Assembly (NCBI GenBank): GCA_017883025.1 | Contig: JADGOH010000042.1 | Coordinates: 1-61,092, forward strand | DNA: 61,092 nt | Source: Acidimicrobiales bacterium | GTDB taxonomy: Bacteria > Actinomycetota > Acidimicrobiia > Acidimicrobiales > RAAP-2 | Direction: 5' to 3' | Shown: piece by piece, positions 25,430-33,282 of the stretch | How positions within the stretch are numbered: position 1 is the stretch's first letter | How the letters are laid out: each line of letters starts with the position of its first letter | Notes under the pieces: model-generated | What the model saw: only the letters and a program-made list of their open reading frames with translations | Databases searched by the model: none | Told to the model about the DNA's origin: nothing | Translations under genes and position numbers: made by a program

Positions 25430-27661
25430 ATGCCCGACCCGTGGAACTACGCCGGCCCGGTCACCCAGCTCGGTTCGGGCACAGGGGCGGTGACCCTGGT
25501 CGACGAGTCCACGTTCGCCATCAGCGGCAGTGCCGGGGACATGTCCCCCGGGGCGGCCCAGGGGCTGTTCTTCCGGGACACCCGGATCATGTCCCGGTTC
25601 GAGGTGTTGGTGAACGGGGCCCAGGCCGAGCCCCTGTCGGCCGTCACCGACGACCCGTTCAGCGCCACCTTCGTAGCCCGGAACCTTCCGGCTCCGGGCC
25701 GCGCCGACTCGACCCTCATGGTCTTCCGGAGCCGCCACGTCGGCCAGGGGATGCGTGAGGGGCTGACGCTCCGCAACTACTCCGACGAGGCCACCGCCTG
25801 CACCGTCGAGATCCTGGTCGACGCCGACTTCGCCGACCTGTTCGCCGTCAAGGAGGGCCGGGCGTCCGTCGGGGCGAATGCCGCCTCGGTCACGAGCGAG
25901 GTGGCCGACCGGCCGTCCGGCGCCGGCCACGGAGGCCACCGGGCCGGCGACGGTGGTGACGGCGAGGCCGACGACGCACCACGGGCGTCGCTCACCTACA
26001 CCTACCGCCGCGGTGCGGTGGCCCGGGGCGTCGAATTGCGGACGACGGGTGCCGCCAAGGTCGCGCCCGGCCTGCTCACCTACGAGGTGGTGGTCCCGCC
26101 CCGTGGCGTGTGGAGCACGTGCATCGAGGTCGGCCCGGTCATCGACGGTGCCGTGTTCGCACCGAAGTACCAGTGCGGCGAGCCGGTGGAGCGGGCCACG
26201 CCGACGGAGCGCCTGGCCGAGTGGCGCCGCCAGGTCCCGAAAGTGGAGACCGACCACCCGGCGCTCAAACAGGTTGTGGCCCGGAGCGCCGAGGACCTGG
26301 GCGCGCTCCGGATCTTCGACCCCGACTACCCCGAGCGGGTGGTCGTGGCGGCGGGCGCACCGTGGTTCATGACGGTGTTCGGCCGGGACTCGTTGCTGAC
26401 AGCCTGGATGGCGCTGCTCGTCGACCCCGACCTGGCCAGTGGCGTGCTCCAGACCCTGGCCCGGTTCCAGGGCACCGAGGTCGACCCCCGTCACGAGGAA
26501 GAGCCCGGCCGCATCCTCCACGAGATGCGGTTCGGGGACGCCGCCTCGCTCTCCCTCGGCGGGGGCAGCATCTACTACGGCACTGCCGACGCCACCCCGC
26601 TCTTCGTCATGCTCCTCGGCGAGATGCGCCGGTGGGGCGTGGCCCGGGAGCTGGTCGACGAGCTGCTCCCGAACGCCGCCCGGGCCATCGAGTGGATCGA
26701 GCACTTCGGCGACGCCGACGGTGATGGCTATGTGGAGTACCGGCGGGCCACCGACCGGGGTCTCGCCAACCAGGGCTGGAAGGACAGCTGGGACGGCATC
26801 CGCTACCGCGACGGCCGGGTGGCCGAGGCGCCCATCGCCCTGGCCGAGGTGCAGGCCTACACCTATGGGGCCTACCTGGCCAGCGCCCACTTCGCCTTCG
26901 AGGCCGGGGACACGGCCACCTATGAGCGGTTCCGGTCCAAGGCGGCACACCTGAAGACGAACTTCAACCGCGATTTCTGGCTGGAGGACAAGGGCTGGTT
27001 CGCCGTCGGCCTTGACGCCGACAAGAAGCCCATCGACTCATTGACCTCCAACATCGGGCACTGCCTCTGGACCGGGATCGTCGACGAGGACAAGGCGCTG
27101 CAGGTGGCACAGGCGCTGGTGTCGCCGTCGATGTTCACCGGGTGGGGGCTGCGCACCCTGTCGAGCGACAACGGGGGCTACAACCCGATCAGCTACCACT
27201 GCGGCTCCGTGTGGCCCCACGACACGGCCATCGTGGCCGCCGGGCTGGCCCGCTACGGGTTCGACGGGGCTGCCCAGCAGCTCATCTTCGGCCTGCTGGA
27301 CGCTGCCTCGGCCCAGGGCGGGCGCCTCCCCGAGCTGTTCAGCGGACTCGACCGGAGCGAACTCGACGTGCCGGTGGGGTACCCGACTTCGTGCTCGCCG
27401 CAGGCGTGGTCGGCTGCGTCGCCGTTGCTGTGCCTGCGCACGCTCCTCCGCCTCGACCCGTGGATCCCGTACGGCAAGACGTGGCTCAGCCCGAACCTGC
27501 CCGAGGACATCGGTTACCTCAAGGTCGAGGGGATCCCGCTGGCCGGCTCCCGGGTCACGATCGAGGTGGGGGACGAGGTGCCCGGTGGCGTGTCCATCAC
27601 CGGGCTGCCGCCCGAGATCGAGGTCATCCGCGAGCCGAGGCGACCGTCGACGGCGGTCTGA
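25430..27661 (+). CDS. glycogen debranching enzyme-like protein (GDE N-terminal + amylo-alpha-1,6-glucosidase domains)
   Basis: In-frame ATG at 25430. N-terminal LFFRDTRIMSRFEVLVNG. C-terminal six-hairpin region APWFMTVFGRDSL...GWKDSWDG...GLRTLSS...YHCGSVWPHD. Confidence 0.85.
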   Translation: MPDPWNYAGPVTQLGSGTGAVTLVDESTFAISGSAGDMSPGAAQGLFFRDTRIMSRFEVLVNGAQAEPLSAVTDDPFSATFVARNLPAPGRADSTLMVFRSRHVGQGMREGLTLRNYSDEATACTVEILVDADFADLFAVKEGRASVGANAASVTSEVADRPSGAGHGGHRAGDGGDGEADDAPRASLTYTYRRGAVARGVELRTTGAAKVAPGLLTYEVVVPPRGVWSTCIEVGPVIDGAVFAPKYQCGEPVERATPTERLAEWRRQVPKVETDHPALKQVVARSAEDLGALRIFDPDYPERVVVAAGAPWFMTVFGRDSLLTAWMALLVDPDLASGVLQTLARFQGTEVDPRHEEEPGRILHEMRFGDAASLSLGGGSIYYGTADATPLFVMLLGEMRRWGVARELVDELLPNAARAIEWIEHFGDADGDGYVEYRRATDRGLANQGWKDSWDGIRYRDGRVAEAPIALAEVQAYTYGAYLASAHFAFEAGDTATYERFRSKAAHLKTNFNRDFWLEDKGWFAVGLDADKKPIDSLTSNIGHCLWTGIVDEDKALQVAQALVSPSMFTGWGLRTLSSDNGGYNPISYHCGSVWPHDTAIVAAGLARYGFDGAAQQLIFGLLDAASAQGGRLPELFSGLDRSELDVPVGYPTSCSPQAWSAASPLLCLRTLLRLDPWIPYGKTWLSPNLPEDIGYLKVEGIPLAGSRVTIEVGDEVPGGVSITGLPPEIEVIREPRRPSTAV

Positions 27662-27677
27662 CGTGCGGTGAGCGGCG

Positions 27678-28294
27678 CTACCAGCCCCGCTCGACCCACT
27701 CGGCCAGGTGCGGGGACTCGGATCCGATGGTGGTGCCCACGCCGTGACCCGGAAGCACCAGGGTGTCCGGTGGGAAGGCGCCGAACAACCGGCCCTCGAT
27801 CGAAGTGATGATGGTGCCGAAGTCGGCGTCCTCGAACGACGTGTTACCGGGGCCGCCCGGAAAGAGCGTGTCCCCGCTGAAGAGCAGCGGCGTCCCCTCG
27901 ACCGCGAAGCACATGGAGCCCGGCGTGTGGCCCGGGGTGGCGATCGTGGCCACGCGCAGCCGGCCGACGGTGACGATCGACTCGTCCTCGAGGATCTGGT
28001 CGTAGGAAGGGAGCATGGCGGCGTCGGCCCGGGTCACGGCGACATTGATCCCGGCGTCGCGGACCGCCTCGACGGCCTGGATGTGGTCCCAATGGCCGTG
28101 GGTCTCGACGACTTGGCGGACGTTCAGGTCCCGGCACAGCTCGAGCAGCAGATCGTGTTCGTTGGCGGCGTCGATCAGCAGGGAGTCGCCCGTCTCCCGG
28201 CACCGCACGATGTAGACGTTGTTCTCGACGGGTCCGACCACCACGCGGTGCACCTCGACGGCGGTGTCCTGGTAGTCGATGACGGTCTCGGCCA
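27678..28294 (-). CDS. MBL-fold hydrolase, hydroxyacylglutathione hydrolase-like
   Basis: Start at ATG (MAETVIDY) with GAGGAGG upstream. ETHGHWDHIQ, TPGHTPGS, GDTLFPGGPG. Confidence 0.85.
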
Positions 28295-28464
28295 TGGTTG
28301 CCACCTCCTCGCCCGTGAGCGTAGCGGGGCCCTGCGCCCTGCCTGACGGGCCGGGCCCCCGTTGGTCATCATCTCCACGGTTCTGGTAGACAAACAGGGC
28401 ACGTTGCCCCGGTGCGGGCACCACACGACGTCCCCGGTGGGGGACTCCACCGGATGGAGAGATT

Positions 28465-29580
28465 ATGAACTTCGCCTTCAGCGAGGAGCAGGACGAGCTC
28501 CGAAAGTCGGTGCGCCGGTTCCTGGACGACAAGTCGCCCGAGACCGAGGTCCGTCGGCTCATGGAGACCACCGAGGGCTACGACCCCGAGGTCTGGACCC
28601 AGATGGCGGAGCAGCTCGGCCTCCAGTCCCTGATCATCCCCGAGGAGTTCGGCGGCGCCGGCTTCACCTACGTGGAGCTCATCGTCGTCCTCGAGGAGAT
28701 GGGTGCCGCCCTGCTGTGCGCTCCGTTCTTCTCGACTGTGGCCCTGGCCGCCAACGCCCTCCTCACCTCCGGCGACCAGAAGGCGCAGGAGTACCTGCTG
28801 CCGGGCATCGCCGCCGGCGAGACCATCGCCACGCTCGCCTTCACCGAGGACTCCGGCCGGTGGGACGCCGACGGGATCACCCTGGCCGCCGCCCCGTCCG
28901 GTGACGGCTGGTCCCTGAACGGCCACAAGTCGTTCGTGGTCGACGGCCACGTGGCCGACCTGATCCTGGTGGTCGGGCGCACCGACGCCGGCCTCTCGCT
29001 GTTCGGCGTCAAGAGCGACGCCGCCGGCCTCACCCGGACGCCGCTGGCCACCATGGACCAGACCCGCAAGCAGGCCCGCCTCGAGTTCGCCGACACGCCG
29101 GCGTGGCTCATCGGGACCGACGGAGGTGCCGAGGCCGGCCTGTCCAAGACGCTCGACCTGGCCGCTGTGGCGCTCGCCGCCGAGCAGGTGGGCGGCGCCC
29201 AGCGGTGCCTCGAGAGCTCGGTCGAGTACGCCAAGACCCGGATCCAGTTCGGCCGGCCCATCGGGAGCTTCCAGGCCATCAAGCACAAGTGCGCCGACAT
29301 GCTCCTCGAGGTCGAGTCGGCCAAGTCGGCCGCCTACTACGCCGGCTGGGCCGCCTCGGAGGACTCCGACGAGCTCCCGGTCGTGGCCAGCCTGGCCAAG
29401 TCCTACTGCTCGGAGGCGTACTTCCACGCCGCGGCCGAGACCATCCAGATCCACGGTGGCATCGGCTTCACGTGGGAGCACCCCGCCCACCTGTACTTCA
29501 AACGGGCGAAGTCCTCGGAGCTCATGCTGGGCGACCCGTCGTACCACCGGGAGCTGCTGGCCCAGCGCATCGGCATCTGA
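28465..29580 (+). CDS. acyl-CoA dehydrogenase
   Basis: 371 aa. LIIPEEFGGAGF, FTEDSGRWD, QIHGGIGFTWEHPAHLYFKRA. Confidence 0.9.
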   Translation: MNFAFSEEQDELRKSVRRFLDDKSPETEVRRLMETTEGYDPEVWTQMAEQLGLQSLIIPEEFGGAGFTYVELIVVLEEMGAALLCAPFFSTVALAANALLTSGDQKAQEYLLPGIAAGETIATLAFTEDSGRWDADGITLAAAPSGDGWSLNGHKSFVVDGHVADLILVVGRTDAGLSLFGVKSDAAGLTRTPLATMDQTRKQARLEFADTPAWLIGTDGGAEAGLSKTLDLAAVALAAEQVGGAQRCLESSVEYAKTRIQFGRPIGSFQAIKHKCADMLLEVESAKSAAYYAGWAASEDSDELPVVASLAKSYCSEAYFHAAAETIQIHGGIGFTWEHPAHLYFKRAKSSELMLGDPSYHRELLAQRIGI

Positions 29581-29682
29581 ATCGGCACCCCACCCGGTAG
29601 CGTGAGCACCGGGTCCCCTGCCCCGGGTTTCCCCGAGGTCCCGATGACCGCGGACCCGCCACCCCTCCCGGAAGTGAGTGAC

Positions 29683-30318
29683 ATGCGGAAGTACCTGAGT
29701 TTTGTCCTGTTGGGCGTCCTGTCCCTCGTCGGACTGGGCGCGGCCGTCCTCGGCATCGCGCAGAGCCAGAGCGGCACGGACCTGGGCCAGGCGGTGCACA
29801 ACACGCTGCGCGCTCCCAACTACAGCGAGTACCTGGTCGAGAAGACTCCGCAGGGCAATCAGACCGCCAGCCTCGTCTACCAGGCCCCCGACCGGCTCGG
29901 CGGCTGGCTGCAGAGCGCCGGCCGACGGACGTACCTGGTGATCATCGGCTCGACGGAGTACATCAGCGTCACCCGCTCGACCAAGACCGCCGGTGGTCCG
30001 CTGACGTTCTACACGCAGCAGACGACGGGCGCCCAGGCCGTGGACCCCGCCCACACCTACCTCCCGTACTGGAACTGCCACGGCGCCCCGACCTGCCCGA
30101 CCACCCGGTCCGGGTCGGTGACGACCGTCAAGCTGTCCCAGGGCGGCCAGACCGAGAAGCTCAACTACACGGTGACGGGCAACGTCGTCTCGAAGTTCAC
30201 TGCCGTGACCCCTGGTGGCACGATCAGCCTCGAGATCTCGAAGGTCGCCAGCTCGCCCGCGGTGGCGCTGCCCAAGGGTGCCAAGATCATCGCCGTCCCG
30301 AGTCAGAGCGCCGGCTGA
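29683..30318 (+). CDS. signal-anchored / secreted hypothetical protein
   Basis: In-frame ATG at 29683 gives MRKYLSFVLLGVLSLVGLGAAVLG followed by a beta-rich domain. No family recognised. Confidence 0.6.
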   Translation: MRKYLSFVLLGVLSLVGLGAAVLGIAQSQSGTDLGQAVHNTLRAPNYSEYLVEKTPQGNQTASLVYQAPDRLGGWLQSAGRRTYLVIIGSTEYISVTRSTKTAGGPLTFYTQQTTGAQAVDPAHTYLPYWNCHGAPTCPTTRSGSVTTVKLSQGGQTEKLNYTVTGNVVSKFTAVTPGGTISLEISKVASSPAVALPKGAKIIAVPSQSAG

Positions 30319-30406
30319 TCCGGGACGGGCCGGCGCCGCACCGTCGGCCCGGTCGCGGAGCGGCGAGCACGGCCGGTGGCCCGGGGCCGTGGTGCGGTCA
30401 GGCGCC

Positions 30407-31090
30407 TCAGCCGGTGGCGTCCGCCACGGCACGGTCGATCGCCGAGCACAGGCGGGTCGCCGCCCGCTCCGGATCGTCGGAGCCCACCAGCCATCGCACC
30501 ACGACGAAATGGCGCGCACCGGCGTCGACCAGGCCGCCGACACTGTCGGGGTCGACGCCGCCGGTGACCCACACGGGCCACGGTGACCGGTCGACAGCTT
30601 CAGCGAGGTAGCCGGTGCCGGTGCCGGGACGCCCGGGCTTCGTCGGTGTGGGAACCACCGGGCCTGCTGACAGGTAGTCGACCGGCGCCGGCGCCGATCC
30701 CGGTGCGTCACCGACCGCTCCCGCGAGCTCGGCGACGGTGTGCGTCGACAGGCCGACGAGGGTGTCGGGCCCCACGATCGACCTCGCCTCCTCCGCCGAC
30801 CGGTCGTCCTGGCCGACGTGCACGCCGTCGGCCCCTATGGCGGCGGCCAGGTCGGGGCGGTCGTTGAGCACGAACGGCACGCCTTCGGCGGTGCATACCC
30901 GCTGGACCACCGTTGCCCGCCGGACCAGTGCGGCGTCGTCGAGGTGCTTCTCCCGGAGCTGGACCACATCGACCCCGCCGGCGATGCACCTGCCGACGAA
31001 GACGTCGAGGTCAGGGCGGTCCGGGGTGCACAGGTAGAGCCGACGCCCGGACAGGGCCCAGCGGTCCGTGCCGCCCACGGCGCCCGTCAC
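30407..31090 (-). CDS. thiE: thiamine-phosphate synthase
   Basis: GVDVVQLREK, FVLNDRPDLA, GADGVHVGQDD, LSTHT, YLSAGPVVPTPTKPG. The GTG start overlaps the upstream stop as GTGA. Confidence 0.8.
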   Translation of the reverse strand: MTGAVGGTDRWALSGRRLYLCTPDRPDLDVFVGRCIAGGVDVVQLREKHLDDAALVRRATVVQRVCTAEGVPFVLNDRPDLAAAIGADGVHVGQDDRSAEEARSIVGPDTLVGLSTHTVAELAGAVGDAPGSAPAPVDYLSAGPVVPTPTKPGRPGTGTGYLAEAVDRSPWPVWVTGGVDPDSVGGLVDAGARHFVVVRWLVGSDDPERAATRLCSAIDRAVADATG

Positions 31091-31668
31091 CCGGTGTTCG
31101 GGAGCTTGGCCCGGGCCTCGGCCTTCATCGCCTGCTTGAACTGGCGCACCTTGGCCAGCGTCTCGGGCGAGTCGATGTCCGCCACCGACCGGAACGACCC
31201 GGACTCGCCGTAGTTCCCCGCGGCCTTGTCCCACCCCGGCGGCCGGACGCCGAGCTGCTTACCCAGCAGGGCAACGAAGATCTTCGCCTTCTGGTCGCCG
31301 AAGCCGGGCAGGGCCTTGACGTTGGCGAGGAGCTGCTTGCCGTCCACGGCGCTCGTCCAGATCGCCGACGTGTCGCCGTCGTAGGTGTCGAGCACCGCGA
31401 CGCAGACCTCCTGCACCCGGCCGGCCATCGACCTCGGGAACCGGTGGAGCGCCGGCTTGGCGGCGAAGACGGCGGCCAAGTCGTCCGGGGGCAGGGCGGC
31501 GATGCCGGCCGGATCGAGGACCCCGCCCAGGCGCTCCTTCAGGTCGTAGGGCGCCTTGAAGGCGCGCTCCATTGGGATCTGCTGGTCGAGGACCATGCCG
31601 ATCAGGAGTGCGAGGGGTTCGGACGCCAGCAGGGCGTCCGCGTCGGCATCACCGGTGAGCCAGAGCAC
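31087..31668 (-). CDS. HhH-GPD-type base-excision DNA repair family protein
   Basis: EPLALLIGMVLDQQIPMERAF ... LPGFGDQKAKIFVALLGKQLG. GTG start. Confidence 0.75.
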   Translation of the reverse strand: MLWLTGDADADALLASEPLALLIGMVLDQQIPMERAFKAPYDLKERLGGVLDPAGIAALPPDDLAAVFAAKPALHRFPRSMAGRVQEVCVAVLDTYDGDTSAIWTSAVDGKQLLANVKALPGFGDQKAKIFVALLGKQLGVRPPGWDKAAGNYGESGSFRSVADIDSPETLAKVRQFKQAMKAEARAKLPNTG

Positions 31669-31674
31669 GTGGCA

Positions 31675-31680
31675 AGGCTA
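31675..31680 (-). promoter_or_regulatory. candidate -10 hexamer TAGCCT placed 6 nt upstream of the GTG start (leaderless arrangement)
   Basis: The minus strand reads gacTAGCCTtgccacGTG. No SD is present. Confidence 0.3.
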
Positions 31681-31741
31681 GTCGGGGGCGCCGGCGCGCC
31701 GGCCGGTTCCACCACTGCCAACCCGTTCGCTCGACCGCGCC

Positions 31742-32230
31742 GTGGTCGCCGTCGAGGGGGTGTCCGGCGGCTTCGGCGCCCCCGATCGGCCGCCCCGACC
31801 ACGCCCGGGGCGCCACCGTCGTCCTGGCCGGCTGCGGTGCCGACCGACCGGCCGCGGCGGGCTGGTCGGCAGGGACGTCGCCCGTGCCGCTCGACCTGCG
31901 TGGCCCGGCCGGCGGTCGATGCCCTGGTCGAAGCCGTGACGACCGGGTACGGGCGCCTGGACGGCCTCGTGGACGCCGCCGAGGTGGTTGCGTTCGGGAA
32001 CCTGGTGGACACCGACGACCCCGTCCTCGACGACCCCGTCCTCGCCAGGGGCGCCGGGCGGCTGTGGCTGCTCCAGCGGGTCGTTCCGCCACCGGCGGCC
32101 GCGCGGGGGTTCGTACTGCATCTGCGCACGGTCGTGGCCGAGCAGCCGCCGGCCGGCATGGCGCATCGCGTCGGCCGTGGTGCGGACAGCCGGGGTCGGC
32201 TCGGCACGTGGTCGGCGCTCACTACGCTCG
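31742..32230 (+). pseudogene. decayed short-chain dehydrogenase (SDR) gene with at least two frameshifts
   Basis: SDR-like segments appear in three successive frames, each with GC3 of about 90% or more. They are VVAVEGVSGGFGAP (frame of 31742), IGRPDHARGATVVLAGCGADRPAAAG..PLDLRGPA (frame of 31884), and AVDALVEAVTTGYGRLDGLVDAAEVVAFGNLVDTDDPVLDD...GFVLHLRTVVAEQPPAGMAHRVGRGA (frame of 30913). The Ser and YxxxK catalytic positions are not conserved. Confidence 0.45.
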
Positions 32231-32237
32231 GGCCGGC

Positions 32238-33218
32238 ATGCGCCGAATCCTCCGCCTGCGTCGTGACGGGCTGGCCCGCACGGCGCTCCTGCTCGTGGCC
32301 GCCTGCGTGCTGGCGTCGTTGACCGCCGCCTCACTCGCCTATGACGTGGCCACCGACACGCCGGTGCCGGTTCCGTCGGGCCTGGCGTTCGTCCGCACGG
32401 GCGCCTACGCGACGAGGTACGAGGCATGGGGCGCACCGTCGTCCGATCCGGTCGTGCTCGTCCACGGCGCATTCGAGTCGGTGGCGACCTGGCGCCCGGT
32501 GGCCCGGCTCCTGGCGCCTGCGACGCACGTCGAGGCTTACGACCTCGAGGGCTACGGCTACACCGAGCACGTGGGTCCGTACACGACGGCGTCGCTGGCT
32601 GCCCAACTCGCCGCCTTCCTGTCCGCCCGCCACCTCCACCACCCGGTGCTGGTCGGCCACTCACTGGGCGCCGGGGTGATCGCCCGCTTCGTCCTCGACC
32701 ATCCGGGGGTCGCCGCCGGTGTCGTCTTCGTGGACGGCGACGGTCTGTCGGTGACGTTCCCGGGCACGTGGGTCCCGAACGCGCTCCCCGAGCCGTTCCG
32801 CACCGCCGCCTACCGGGCGGTCGTGCGGAACCGGGCGTTGGTGAGCGCCATCTTCGGACTGACGTGCGGGCCGGGCTGCCCGACCCTGACCCCCGATCAG
32901 CTCACCGAGGTCCAGCGCCCGTTCCTGGTGGCCGGTGCGGAGCGGGCCCTTCTCGCCTACGTGGGTCGCCCGGTGGTCGGAGTGACCGCGGGCGAGCTGG
33001 TCAAGGTGCGGTCGCCGGACCTGGCGGCGGCGGTGGTGTTCGGTGCCCAGGACGACGAGTACGACGGCGCGGCCCCTGCGGCGACGGCGGCCCGCATCGG
33101 AGCGCCGGCGCCCGTCGTGATCCATGGCTGCGGTCACCTGTCGCTGTGGTCGCACCCTCGCCAGGTCGCCGCGGTCGTCGACGGCGTGCTCGCGCGGGTG
33201 GGCGCCCGGTCGGGCTGA
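32238..33218 (+). CDS. alpha/beta hydrolase with N-terminal membrane anchor/signal
   Basis: In-frame ATG at 32238. MRRILRLRRDGLARTALLLVAACVLASL. VVLVHGAFES. Nucleophile elbow GHSLGAG. C-terminal GCGHLS. Confidence 0.8.
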   Translation: MRRILRLRRDGLARTALLLVAACVLASLTAASLAYDVATDTPVPVPSGLAFVRTGAYATRYEAWGAPSSDPVVLVHGAFESVATWRPVARLLAPATHVEAYDLEGYGYTEHVGPYTTASLAAQLAAFLSARHLHHPVLVGHSLGAGVIARFVLDHPGVAAGVVFVDGDGLSVTFPGTWVPNALPEPFRTAAYRAVVRNRALVSAIFGLTCGPGCPTLTPDQLTEVQRPFLVAGAERALLAYVGRPVVGVTAGELVKVRSPDLAAAVVFGAQDDEYDGAAPAATAARIGAPAPVVIHGCGHLSLWSHPRQVAAVVDGVLARVGARSG

Positions 33219-33282
33219 CCGACCGGGGCGAGCGTTCGGGCCTACCGACCGGGCCGGGCGGCCCGAGCCACCGTGTGAACGC

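Noticed and set aside
31678-32121. A minus-strand ORF (MQYEPPRGRRWRNDPLEQ...) that would fill the gap upstream of the HhH-GPD gene.
   Set aside because: GC3 in this frame is only about 70%. The plus-strand frames over the same bases reach 90-95% and spell SDR-like peptides. The product is Arg/Gly/Pro-rich.
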